A DNA stretch of 64,000 nt from the NCBI GenBank assembly GCA_965213675.1, contig OZ243916.1, forward strand, positions 2,112,001-2,176,000. The letters are read 5' to 3'. A model generated the notes under the pieces. That model saw nothing but the letters and a program-made list of their open reading frames with translations. It was not told the DNA's origin and ran no database searches. The translations under genes and the position numbers were made by a program. Source of the stretch: an uncultured Candidatus Binatia bacterium. Lineage in GTDB: Bacteria; Desulfobacterota; Binatia; UBA9968; JAJDTQ01. Each line of letters begins with the position of its first letter. Position 1 is the first letter of the stretch. Shown one piece after another: positions 53,653 through 63,187 of the stretch.

Positions 53653-55365
53653 TTAATCGTTCACGGGATCCAGCCAGAGGTCCACCAGCGCCAGCCGCCC
53701 GTCGCGCACTGCCTGAAGACCGCGTTCCAGCGCGCCCTTGACGTCGGCCGGGTTCTGCACGCGCTCGCCAAAGCCCTCGAAGGCCCGGGCGATGGCGGGA
53801 TAGTCGGGGGCGGGCGCAATGGAGGTGCCGACGAACTGGTTGGTGCGCACGGCCCAGCCGTCGGGGTAGTACGCAGGCATGCCTCGCTTCATGGACTTGT
53901 AGCCGTGGTTGTTCATGAGCACGATGAGAATCGGCATGCGGAACTCCTGGACGAAGCCGAAGCCCGCGATACCGGGGTTGTAGTTGAAGGAGCCGTCGCC
54001 GATGACCAGCACCACCGGCCGATCCGGGTGCGCGGCCTTGACCCCCAAAGCGGTGCCCAGGCCCGTGCCCAGGCCGCCGATGCAGCCGCTGAAGAAGTTG
54101 CCGGGCTTGACCCGATCCAGGTACTGGTGCAGCGCCATGCGATGGGTGATGGTCTCCTCCACCAGGTAGACGTCCTCGGGCAGCACCTGGTTGAGCTGGT
54201 ACATCACCCAGTCGGTGTCCATGGGCTCCTTGGACTCCAGGCTCTGCGCGCGCTCGGCCCACGCCGCCCGGCGCGCCGCTCCCTGCGCGCGCACTCTCGC
54301 GCGTCGCTCCCCGGCCGCGGCGCCGCCCTCGACCCCGTCCCTGCGGAGCCGCTCCACCAGCGCGCCCAGGGACGCGTCCAACGCGCCGGCAATGCTCAGG
54401 TCCAACTGAATACCCCAGTAGGGCAGGTTCATGTGCAGCGGCTCCTCGTCCAGCGCCGCCACCTTGGCGCCCTGGGCGATGGCCGCCGAAGCCGGATGCC
54501 ACGGCTGGGTGGCGCCGATGAGGCAGACCACGTCGGCGGCGGCCATGTACTCGCCCGGCTCGAAGCCGCCGTGCAGATCGTGGTCCCGCGGGAAGTTGAA
54601 GTACCCGCTGCTGCGGGTCTCCACCACCGGCGCGTTGAGCAACTCGGCCAACTCCACCATTCGCTCGACGATGGGCGCGCTGCTGCCGGCGTTCTCACTC
54701 ACGATCACCGGGTTCCGCGCGGTGCGCAGCAGCCCGGCCAGTTCGTCGATGGCGGCGGGATCGGGGCTCGGCATGGAGGGCATGGACACCTTGAGGGGCG
54801 CTTCCCGCGTGACCTTGTCGAACAGGTACTCCATGGGCAGCGAAACGAACACCGGTCCGCGCGGCGCGCTCATGGCCATCTGGCAGGCGCGCTGCACGGT
54901 GGACACCAGAATGTTCTTGTCGTTGACCCCGAAGCTCCACTTCACGCACCGGTCCACCAGCCGCGCCGGGCCGCCCACGTCCGAGAGGAAGCGCATCCAC
55001 TGGCCGCCTGGATCGGGGCCGTCATCCTCGCCGAAGGCAATGGACTCGCCGGTGAATACCACCATGGGAACGTGCTCGTGGAGCGCGCCGCGAAGGGCCA
55101 TGGAGCCATGCAGCGCCCCCACCGTGGTGTGGATCATCACGCCCGGCAGCTTGCCGGTGGACTTGGCGTAGCCGCTGGCCATGGCCAGCGCGATCTCTTC
55201 GTGGCGCGTGCTCATGTACATGGGCATGCTCTCGTCCGGCTTGGCCAGCGCCTCCCACACCGGCGACCACTCCGAGCCCGGCGACGCAAAGATGCGCTCC
55301 ACGCCCATGCCCGACAGAACGCGCAGAAAGGCTTCTCCACCCGTGAGTCCGTTGACATCGATCAT
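53653..55365 (-). CDS. Thiamine pyrophosphate-binding enzyme (ALS/benzoylformate decarboxylase-like)
   Basis: 'RHEEIA..MA.GYAK.TG', 'PRGPV', TPP motif 'GDGSFNY...NNHGY'. Confidence 0.88.
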   Translation of the reverse strand: MIDVNGLTGGEAFLRVLSGMGVERIFASPGSEWSPVWEALAKPDESMPMYMSTRHEEIALAMASGYAKSTGKLPGVMIHTTVGALHGSMALRGALHEHVPMVVFTGESIAFGEDDGPDPGGQWMRFLSDVGGPARLVDRCVKWSFGVNDKNILVSTVQRACQMAMSAPRGPVFVSLPMEYLFDKVTREAPLKVSMPSMPSPDPAAIDELAGLLRTARNPVIVSENAGSSAPIVERMVELAELLNAPVVETRSSGYFNFPRDHDLHGGFEPGEYMAAADVVCLIGATQPWHPASAAIAQGAKVAALDEEPLHMNLPYWGIQLDLSIAGALDASLGALVERLRRDGVEGGAAAGERRARVRAQGAARRAAWAERAQSLESKEPMDTDWVMYQLNQVLPEDVYLVEETITHRMALHQYLDRVKPGNFFSGCIGGLGTGLGTALGVKAAHPDRPVVLVIGDGSFNYNPGIAGFGFVQEFRMPILIVLMNNHGYKSMKRGMPAYYPDGWAVRTNQFVGTSIAPAPDYPAIARAFEGFGERVQNPADVKGALERGLQAVRDGRLALVDLWLDPVND

Positions 55366-55417
55366 GTGTCATTCCTCCGACTCGTGCATAGACCGCGAGG
55401 CTGGGGCGGTCAACTAT

Positions 55418-56638
55418 TCAAGAACGCTTGGCGGCGAAAGTGGGGAGCCACCCGGCGGGCGGCCTCAAGTCCAGCGAAGTCTCATCCACGGAGGTGCGCC
55501 CGGACAGGAGCACGCGCTCGCCGCGGTACGCCCACACGCGCAGATCGGCCCACACCTGTCCGTCACCGGCCAGGGAGATGCGCGGCCGCCCGACCTTGCG
55601 CTGGGCGACGTAGCCTTCGCCGCGCCGCGCCAGCCGCTGCAGGCGCGAGCGCCCCACGCGCGCGCTGGTCAGGAAGCCCCGGCTCGCGTGGCTGCGGATG
55701 GGCTTGAACACGAACCGCTCCCGGTCCGCCGCCAGGCTGTCGAGGTTGTCGGGCCGAAGCAGATGGGTCTCGGGAATATGGCGGCTCAAGACCGCGCGCT
55801 CGCCCGGCTCGATGCCAAGCTCCCGGTCCCACTGCGGCAGGGAAAGAAACTCCAACAGACGCTTGTCGCTGCGCGTCGCATAAGTGAAGGGGCTCGGCGC
55901 CACGTAGACGCCGCCGCTCACGAACGCGTCGCGCAAGGCGCGCGTCACTTCCTTCTCCAGGAAGAAGTCCGTGGAGCGGTTCACGATGAAGCACACGGGT
56001 TCACCGCGGTGACGCAGCCGGGTTCCGTCCCAGTCGATATCCGCCGTGGACGCCACGGCCGCGCGCCATCCCTCGCCGTGGAACAGATCCCGAAGCATCT
56101 CCATTTCGCGCTGGAACTTGCCCCGTTCCAGGGCTTCGGGCTCGTCGAGGATGAGGAAGAGGCCGTCGGGCGCCGTGCCGAAGAAACCCTCGGCCTCCCG
56201 CCGCACCATGCGGATGATCTGCTGACCCAGCCCGGCGACCGAGGGCGGCGCTTCGACGGCCGCCTGGCGGTCCGGTTCCAGGAGCGCATGGTAATGTTCG
56301 TTGATGAGGGCGGCGAAGAGAAGTCCGGAGCCGTTGTCGTTGAACTCGATGACCTGCCAGGGGCCTTCGGGAGGCAGGTGGAAGTCCCACGCGCTGAAGA
56401 AGCACACCTCCGGGCGGACCGACGGCACGTCCTGGCCCGAGGAAGCGAGAACGGAATTCTGCCATGCGGGACGGGTGGTGACGCGCTCGAAGACGCGGAT
56501 GAACGCGTCGATCTCCGCCAGCACCGGCGCGGGTATCGCCTGATGCGCGAACGTGACCGAAAACTCATCCGGCACGCCGGGGATGCCCGCGGCGCCAAGC
56601 CGGCTCCAAAACTCTCGGCGCCGATCAACCTTGCCCAT
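55418..56638 (-). CDS. Putative circularly permuted ATP-grasp-like ligase
   Basis: 'DFHL', 'VIEFNDNGSG', 'VNRSTDF', 'SDKR', 'FKP..SHASRG', 'YVAQ', 'DLRVWAY'; overlaps the otsB stop by 14 bp. Confidence 0.55.
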   Translation of the reverse strand: MGKVDRRREFWSRLGAAGIPGVPDEFSVTFAHQAIPAPVLAEIDAFIRVFERVTTRPAWQNSVLASSGQDVPSVRPEVCFFSAWDFHLPPEGPWQVIEFNDNGSGLLFAALINEHYHALLEPDRQAAVEAPPSVAGLGQQIIRMVRREAEGFFGTAPDGLFLILDEPEALERGKFQREMEMLRDLFHGEGWRAAVASTADIDWDGTRLRHRGEPVCFIVNRSTDFFLEKEVTRALRDAFVSGGVYVAPSPFTYATRSDKRLLEFLSLPQWDRELGIEPGERAVLSRHIPETHLLRPDNLDSLAADRERFVFKPIRSHASRGFLTSARVGRSRLQRLARRGEGYVAQRKVGRPRISLAGDGQVWADLRVWAYRGERVLLSGRTSVDETSLDLRPPAGWLPTFAAKRS

Positions 56639-57431
56639 GAAGAACCCGTATCAGACGCTGCAAGAAAAGCGCCACCTCGGCGTCGTCCTCCAGCCGATAC
56701 CGCGCCGCGGTCGACCGGGGCTCGTCCGCCACGAGAATCCCGACTCCCGTCCCATCCACGGCCACAAAGGCGTCTTCATCGGTGGTGTCGTCGCCCAGGT
56801 ACAGCGGCGCCACGCCCGCATGGTCGAGGTCGAGGGCCGCCAAAATCCATTGGACCGCCCGACCCTTGTTCCAGTCGAACTGCGGGCGGATCTCGAAGAC
56901 CTTCTTGGCGTGGGTCTTGCGCAGCGTAGGGTAGTCCGGCATCAACCCGTCCACGACGGACTCCACACGCGCCACCGCCGACTCTTGCACGAGCCGGTAG
57001 TGCACGGCCAGGGAGTAGCCTTTGGTTTCGAGCAGCAGGCCGGGGGTATTCCCAATGGCGCGGTGCAACCGCCGATGCAGTTCCTCCATGACCGGAAGAA
57101 ATTCCTGCCCCACCTCGTGGTGGATTCCGGAGCCCACAGGTCCGACGATCTCGAACCCATGTGTTCCGGCGTAGTAGACATTGTCTAGGCGGACATGCGC
57201 CTGCACGTCCTTGCGCGTGCGCCCGCTGACGATGGCGGTCACGCAACGGTCGCCCAGCCGCCGCACCACCGCGCGCATCTCGTCGGAGAGCACGGCCTGC
57301 TCCGGGGTGTCCACGATGGGCGTCAGGGTCCCGTCGTAGTCGAGGAACACCGCCGCGACCCTGCCTCCGAGCGTATTCTCGATGTCGTGGAAGTCGGCCA
57401 GCGCGGACGGGATCGTCCATTCGGAGATCAT
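56625..57431 (-). CDS. otsB: Trehalose-6-phosphate phosphatase
   Basis: HAD 'FLDYDGTLTPIV', 'IVSGR', 'AGTHG.E', 'VHYR', 'WNKG', 'GDDTTDEDAF'; start could be 57461. Confidence 0.9.
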   Translation of the reverse strand: MISEWTIPSALADFHDIENTLGGRVAAVFLDYDGTLTPIVDTPEQAVLSDEMRAVVRRLGDRCVTAIVSGRTRKDVQAHVRLDNVYYAGTHGFEIVGPVGSGIHHEVGQEFLPVMEELHRRLHRAIGNTPGLLLETKGYSLAVHYRLVQESAVARVESVVDGLMPDYPTLRKTHAKKVFEIRPQFDWNKGRAVQWILAALDLDHAGVAPLYLGDDTTDEDAFVAVDGTGVGILVADEPRSTAARYRLEDDAEVALFLQRLIRVLHGQG

Positions 57432-57834
57432 CACCGGGTCACCGGCTTTCGGCTTGCCCATGATCGGCCTGGACGCCATCGCCGCGTTCACGGGACGCGC
57501 CCGCATCGTCGCCTTCGGGCTTCAGGCAGGGCTTGGCATCGGCTGACTGGAAAAAGGTCGGGAAGAACGCCACGGCGAGAAAGGGAAGGGTTGCTTGTTC
57601 GGGCGTGATCCTGCCGACTTCGGCAAAGAGCCTTGAGTGCTGTAGACCACGTCATCGTAAACGAACCACGATACCAAGCAGTGCCTTCGTGCGCAAGGCG
57701 TGTTGTTGGCATGCATGAAAATTGGCGCCGGAGAGGCTATAATGCGTTTCGGCGTTAAGCCAACGGCGGTCCCACGGCGATTTCAGCCAGCGGCCATCCA
57801 TGAAGACTGCGGCAGGCACTTGGGGGGTGAACCA

Positions 57835-58971
57835 TTGAACATCACCTTCGGCATTGAGGAAGAGTTCTTTCTTGTCGACCCGGACACCCGGGACATGATC
57901 GCCGACCCGGATCCCGGGATCTTCGACTGGTGCGAGAAGAACCGCGGACGCCATATGTTCGTGCACGAGTTTCTCCGCGCCCAGATCGAATGCAACACGC
58001 GCGTGTGCAACTCGGTGGCCGAGCTGCGCGGTGCGCTACGGGAGACGCGCGCCATCGCGGCCGAGGGCGCGCGACGGCACGGAGCCGCGATCATGGCGGC
58101 CTCCACCCACCCGTTCGCGGCGTGGGAAGCCCAGATGAGCACACCCAAGGAGCGCTATCAACGGCTCGCCGACCAGTTCCAGGAGGATGCGCGACGGTTC
58201 CTGGTGAGCGCCATGCACATACACGCGAGCTTCGGCGACGCCGACTCGCGCATCCGCGTCATGACCGCCATGCGCCGCTACATGCCGTTGCTGCACGCCC
58301 TTTCTGGTTCCTCGCCCTTCAGCGGCGGGCGCGAAACCGGTTTCAAGTCCTACCGGTTGACGCTTCTCGGAGCCTTGCCGCGCACCGGCATGCCGAGACC
58401 CCTGTGGTCCCGTGCGGAATTCGATCAGCTCGTGGCCGATTATCAGCGCATGAACCTCATCAGCGACGGCACCGTTTTATGGTGGGACATCCGACCGTCG
58501 GCGCGCTTTCCCACCATCGAACTGCGCATCTGCGACATCTGCCCGCGCATTGAGGACGCCATGTGCATCGCCGCCCTGTACGCCTGTCTCATCCAGCGGC
58601 TGTCGCGCCTCGATCGCGATGGCGCCCTGCCGCAGGAACCGCCCACCGAGATCATCGCCGAAAACCGCTGGATCGCCCAGCGCTACGGCGTGCTCGGCTT
58701 CCACGGCGACCCCGAGCACGGCGGCCGCAAGGATGTCGCCGACTTCGCCGAGGAATTGGTGGAAGAACTTGCCGAAGACGCCCGCGCCCTGGGCTGCGAG
58801 CCCGAGGTACGCCACACCCTCGACATCATTCGCAATGGCGCCGCCGCCGACCGGCAAGTGGACCACTACCGGCTGCGCCGCCTGGAGGGCGACAGCGACG
58901 CCCAGGCCATGCGCGCGGTGGTGGATCTGGTGATGGAGGAGACGATGGAGGGAGTGGGAGCGGCGAGTTGA
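57835..58971 (+). CDS. ybdK: YbdK/GCS2 family carboxylate-amine ligase
   Basis: 'TFGIEEEFFLVD', 'QIE', 'STHPF', 'MHIH', 'SSPF', 'WWDIRPS..FPTIELRICD', 'ENRW.A.RYG'. Confidence 0.9.
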   Translation: MNITFGIEEEFFLVDPDTRDMIADPDPGIFDWCEKNRGRHMFVHEFLRAQIECNTRVCNSVAELRGALRETRAIAAEGARRHGAAIMAASTHPFAAWEAQMSTPKERYQRLADQFQEDARRFLVSAMHIHASFGDADSRIRVMTAMRRYMPLLHALSGSSPFSGGRETGFKSYRLTLLGALPRTGMPRPLWSRAEFDQLVADYQRMNLISDGTVLWWDIRPSARFPTIELRICDICPRIEDAMCIAALYACLIQRLSRLDRDGALPQEPPTEIIAENRWIAQRYGVLGFHGDPEHGGRKDVADFAEELVEELAEDARALGCEPEVRHTLDIIRNGAAADRQVDHYRLRRLEGDSDAQAMRAVVDLVMEETMEGVGAAS

Positions 58972-59077
58972 GGCGCGATGACGAGCAGTGGCGGGTACCA
59001 CGCGAGGAAGAGCAACGCAGCCGACGACAAAATATCCTCCGCAGATTATGACGCGCATTAACCAGACACCACACTAG
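58971..59077. mobile_element. Truncated MITE type B (copy 5): one terminal repeat plus most of the core
   Basis: AGGCGCGATGACGAGCAGTGG...ATTATGACGCGCATTAACCAGACACCACACTAG; the left arm is missing. Confidence 0.8.
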
Positions 59078-59429
59078 CTGCACCGCTGAGAACTGTCTTT
59101 TGAAGTGGAGGAACTAACGCCAGCGCCGTCTCGATATCCGCGCCGGCCCAGTCATTGATCTTGTAGGTCACCACCCCGCGATCCGGGGAGTTCCACCGGG
59201 CCACGGCTCCGTCTTCACACGTCATCCGCTGGATTTGCACCATGCGCGCGCCGTCGCCATGGCCCGGCGCTTCATGGTCCCGAAGGAATCGGGCGCCGTC
59301 TTCCTCGCCGCAGGCGGCTCCGGTCTCCGCGCCTTCGGCGTTCGTGCACGCCTCGCCGTTGGAATGGCACAGCGTCAACGTGAATGCCAGGACAAGAAGA
59401 TGCGAGATTGCTTGATTGGGCGTGAACAT
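59058..59429 (-). CDS. Small hypothetical exported Cys-containing protein whose stop codon lies inside the MITE
   Basis: Hydrophobic N-terminus 'ISHLLVLAFTLTLC'; the last codons (ASVVSG*) come from the MITE terminal repeat. Confidence 0.4.
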   Translation of the reverse strand: MFTPNQAISHLLVLAFTLTLCHSNGEACTNAEGAETGAACGEEDGARFLRDHEAPGHGDGARMVQIQRMTCEDGAVARWNSPDRGVVTYKINDWAGADIETALALVPPLQKTVLSGAASVVSG

Positions 59430-59598
59430 GCTGACGTCGGCATTCTCGTCGTATGGCGGAAGGCCTTGGGCGCAGTCACCGCAAACCGCGCCCTTATACA
59501 CCGTCAGGTGTCCGGTCTGCATCCCGCAGGGAACCACGAAGAAGAACGGGAGGGCGCCGAAGCGCCCTCCCGGGGGAAGAGGGGAAGGATGCAACGGC

Positions 59599-61494
59599 TC
59601 AGCCGATGAGGCCGCCGTCGTCGCGGGTGACACCGATCACCGCGGAGCGGGGGACGGTGTCGCCGCCGTCGGGGAAGTGGCTGTCGCCCTTCTCGCCCGG
59701 GTGCTGAATGCCCACGAACAGGGTCCTGCCGTCGGCGCTCCAGGCGATGCCGGTGACCTCGCACTGCTTGGGACCCACCAGGAAGCGGCGGATCTCGCCC
59801 GTCGCGGGGTCGCCCACCAGCATCTGGTTGTTGCCCTGACCGGCGAAGCCCTTGGCGTTGGAGTAGTTGCCGTCCGTCTGGATCCACAGCATGCCGTTAC
59901 GGTCGAAGGCGATGCCGTCGGGGGAGTTGAACATGTTGTCCGGATTGACGTTCCTGGAGCCTGCGTTGGCGTCCTTGTGGACCGAGGGGTTTCCCGCCAC
60001 CACGTAGAGATCCCAGGCAAAACCGTTGGCCAGGTGGTTGCCGCCGTCCGGCCGCCAGCGGACGATCTGGCCGTAGAGATTGCCGGCGCGGGGATGGGGT
60101 CCTCCCACGGGGGTTGGGTCGCCGCCGGCGTTGGCCTTCTTGCCGCGGTTCTTGTTGTTGGTGAGGGCGCAGTAGACTTCTGCCTTCCTGGGGTTGGCGG
60201 CTACCCATTCCGGGCGATCCATGGTGGTAGCCTTCACCGCCGAGGCGGCAATGCGCGTATGGATGCAGACCTCGGCCATCGAGGCCATCCCGGTGGACTC
60301 GGGGGTCAACTCCAGCCACTCGCCCCGGCCGCCGTCGGCGAACTTCGCCACGTAGAGCCGGCCTTTCTCCAGCAGATCGGCATTATTGCCGCCTTCCACG
60401 TAGCGTCCCACACTCACGAATTTGTAAAGGAACTCGCCACGCTCGTCGTCGCCCAGGTAGACCACCACCTGGCCGTTGGCGGCCAGCACCACCTCGGCGT
60501 TCTCGTGCTTGAAGCGCCCGAGGGCGGTGCGTTTCTTCGGGGTGGACTCGGGGTCCAGCGGGTCGATCTCGACGATGTAGCCGGCGCGGTTGGGTTCGTT
60601 GGGGTGCTTCGCGATGTCGAACCGCTCGTCCGTCATGACCCATCCGTACTTGTCCTTGGCGTCGACTCCATAGCGCTTGAACTCGGGGCTGACCTTCACG
60701 TTGGCGTCGACCGAGGAGAAATAGTCGTCGAAGTTCTCCTCGCAGGTGAGGTAAGTGCCCCAGGGGGTGCGGCCGTTGCCGCAGTTGTTCCAGGTGCCGA
60801 GGCTGCGCGTGCCCGCCGGATCGGCCGCCGTCTTCAACAGATCGTGGCCGCGCGCCGGCCCGGTGATCTCCATGGGCGTGTCCGCGGTGATCTTGCGGTT
60901 GTAGGACGAGTCCTTGACGATGGACCACTTGCCGTCCTTGCGCCGCAGCTCCATCACCGACACGCCGTGAGCGGCCTTGCTCTTGCGCACGTCATCCGCG
61001 TTCCGGGGCTTGTTGCCTTCGCTGCCGAAGATGATTCCGCGGTTCACGTACTCGTTGTTGACCGCCAGGACGACTCGGCCGAGGTGGTTGAACAGCGCCA
61101 TGCCGTCGTTATTGTCGCCGAAGGCCAGCTCCTGGCTGGCGCCGGTGCCGCGGGTCTTCTGATCAAACTCCGTGCCGCGGGACCACATGGGATCGCCCCA
61201 TCTGGCTACCACATGCCACCCGTATCCCTTGGGAACCGTGACGGTGTCGAGGCCGTTGGCCGCCACCGACTCGAAGCCGAAGCGGCTGGCGCCGGCCAGC
61301 GCTACGAGGGGCCTCAGCACGCCGGTGCTCATGACGAACGCGGATGCGGCGAACGCCGCGCCGCCGCTCAGGAATCCCCTCCGGGAGATGGCCATGGCGG
61401 CCAGCTTGCCGAAGTCGGTCTCCATGAGGGGTGCATCGTGGGGTTCATCGATCTCCTGCTCGCCAATCTCCTGCCTTGTGTCCATGTCCAACAT
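59599..61494 (-). CDS. phoX: PhoX family alkaline phosphatase (Tat-exported)
   Basis: 'SRRGFL', 'GDNNDGM', 'NNEY', 'NNCGNG.TPWGTYLTCEEN', 'GRFKHE', 'MDRPEW', 'SPDG', 'QTDG', 'IQHPG'. Confidence 0.93.
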   Translation of the reverse strand: MLDMDTRQEIGEQEIDEPHDAPLMETDFGKLAAMAISRRGFLSGGAAFAASAFVMSTGVLRPLVALAGASRFGFESVAANGLDTVTVPKGYGWHVVARWGDPMWSRGTEFDQKTRGTGASQELAFGDNNDGMALFNHLGRVVLAVNNEYVNRGIIFGSEGNKPRNADDVRKSKAAHGVSVMELRRKDGKWSIVKDSSYNRKITADTPMEITGPARGHDLLKTAADPAGTRSLGTWNNCGNGRTPWGTYLTCEENFDDYFSSVDANVKVSPEFKRYGVDAKDKYGWVMTDERFDIAKHPNEPNRAGYIVEIDPLDPESTPKKRTALGRFKHENAEVVLAANGQVVVYLGDDERGEFLYKFVSVGRYVEGGNNADLLEKGRLYVAKFADGGRGEWLELTPESTGMASMAEVCIHTRIAASAVKATTMDRPEWVAANPRKAEVYCALTNNKNRGKKANAGGDPTPVGGPHPRAGNLYGQIVRWRPDGGNHLANGFAWDLYVVAGNPSVHKDANAGSRNVNPDNMFNSPDGIAFDRNGMLWIQTDGNYSNAKGFAGQGNNQMLVGDPATGEIRRFLVGPKQCEVTGIAWSADGRTLFVGIQHPGEKGDSHFPDGGDTVPRSAVIGVTRDDGGLIG

Positions 61495-61731
61495 TTTCGC
61501 CTCCGTGGTCGTTGCGATTCCAGCCGAGCCCATCGATCCGAACCGCCGGGCCTGGGTCCGGGGCATCGGAACTTGATGACTGGAGGCTTAACCGGGGCAT
61601 GTTACGTTCCCGTGACCATACGATAAAGAAACGCGAAAATCAGACCAGTGCAGGCGTCTCGTTCGTTGGCCGAACCCGTTCGGGCGCCGCCTCATGCGTG
61701 TTGTCGACGCGGGCCCGCGTGGGTCCGCCCT

Positions 61732-61859
61732 CCATGTACATCGCCGCCCTCTACGCATGCCTCATCCGGCGGCTGTCGCGCCTCGACCGTGAAGGCGATC
61801 AGGCGCTGCGCGCGGTGGTGGATCTGGTGATCGCGGAGACGCTGGAGGGGATCGGGTAG
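61732..61859 (+). pseudogene. Internally deleted relic of a ybdK-like gene 3' end
   Basis: 'MYIAALYACLIRRLSRLDREGD-QALRAVVDLVIAETLEGIG*' matches two separate segments of the gene at 57835-58971. Confidence 0.8.
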
Positions 61860-61898
61860 GGGCCGCAGGTTTCGGGTATTCCTTTTTCGCCGCGACGC

Positions 61899-63185
61899 TT
61901 ACTGCACTGGCAGGTCGTCCTGTCGTAGTACATAGCTTCGTGCCGGTCTGCTGCGTTTCTCCAGGACACCTTCCGCGACGAGCCGCTTCAGCCATTCCTC
62001 AGCTTGACGCTTGGTGACCTCCAGTTCTCCAGCAACTTCCGCGGCCCTCTTGGGTTCTACAAGCAGTTGCGTAACCACTGAGCGTATCGTCTGATACAGT
62101 TCTTCGGCGGGATCAAGACTCGGATTGTCTGCTGTTCGTGATACCGGCGTTGCCCATGGTTGTCGTTTCGGTTTCACAGATTCCCGCCAAGCATCGAACG
62201 GCAGAGCCCTTTGGGTCAGACGGTCTGGCGTTTTGCGGATATCGGACTGAAAAACGGCATCGAGTTCGTCCGGGTCTACGGGATTCGGCCACGGTAGTGC
62301 TCCCATGTTTCTCAAGGCATCGAGGCCCTCTGATCCTTCACCCGTCGAACGCACATACACAGGTACCAGATGCAGCTTGTCCAGTTGTTCTTTCGCACCG
62401 GCCCAAGTCCCGCCCTTGTTCATATCCGCGTTAACCACCAGAGCCGCGTCCGCCAAGGCGTAGATTACTCTATTGCGCCGCATGGCGTTACCCGTGTTGA
62501 AACCCGCATTCGGGTCGTAAGGTGATATCAGGGCAAGCCGCCCATCCAACAACAGATTCCTGTGCTCGCGATTCGTGACGGTTTTTTCGAGGCTGTCGGC
62601 CAGCACACCGGTGACTTTGCCACCCGACTCCAGTGCGGCTCGCATGGCCGCCTGGTCAACGCCTCTGGCTGCCCCGGATACCACGGTCCGTCGCGCGCTC
62701 GCCGCAAGACACCCAATTCCGGAAGTGTACTCGACCAATAAATCGTTCACGTTACGCGATCCTACGACCGCCAATCCCCCGCTATTAAGAATTTCCCGGT
62801 CCCCGCAGCCATAAAGCAAGCTGGGCGAGTCGTTCTTCAACCGCGCCTTGAGCTTCTGCGGATAAGCATCATCAGCGCGGCTCAGCACCCAAATCGCCCT
62901 TGTCTGCCAGCGCTCGAACGCTTGACTCAACAGAAAACCCCGGCCCAAGAGACGCTTGAGCCGATCCTGATCGACTATGGGATGGCAATCACCAAGAAGT
63001 TGAGCGGTGTCCGAGCCCACCAGATCGGCGGGCTGCCTTCCCGCCTCTCGGAGATACGCTGCGAGTCTCGTGTATTCCCTCGGCGTAAGGAGGTTGGTTG
63101 GTTCATTTCCCTTGCCGCGTCCAACGATCAAAGGCGCGGTCAACAACAGAATCGCTTTGGTGTTCGGGGAGAGCGTCTCACTCAT
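61899..63185 (-). CDS. DprA/Smf family protein with C-terminal winged helix
   Basis: 'SRAD..YP..LK.RL', 'LAVVGSR', 'VSGAARGVD', 'AMRRN..IYALAD', 'GGTWAGA'. Confidence 0.85.
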   Translation of the reverse strand: MSETLSPNTKAILLLTAPLIVGRGKGNEPTNLLTPREYTRLAAYLREAGRQPADLVGSDTAQLLGDCHPIVDQDRLKRLLGRGFLLSQAFERWQTRAIWVLSRADDAYPQKLKARLKNDSPSLLYGCGDREILNSGGLAVVGSRNVNDLLVEYTSGIGCLAASARRTVVSGAARGVDQAAMRAALESGGKVTGVLADSLEKTVTNREHRNLLLDGRLALISPYDPNAGFNTGNAMRRNRVIYALADAALVVNADMNKGGTWAGAKEQLDKLHLVPVYVRSTGEGSEGLDALRNMGALPWPNPVDPDELDAVFQSDIRKTPDRLTQRALPFDAWRESVKPKRQPWATPVSRTADNPSLDPAEELYQTIRSVVTQLLVEPKRAAEVAGELEVTKRQAEEWLKRLVAEGVLEKRSRPARSYVLRQDDLPVQ

Positions 63186-63187
63186 TA

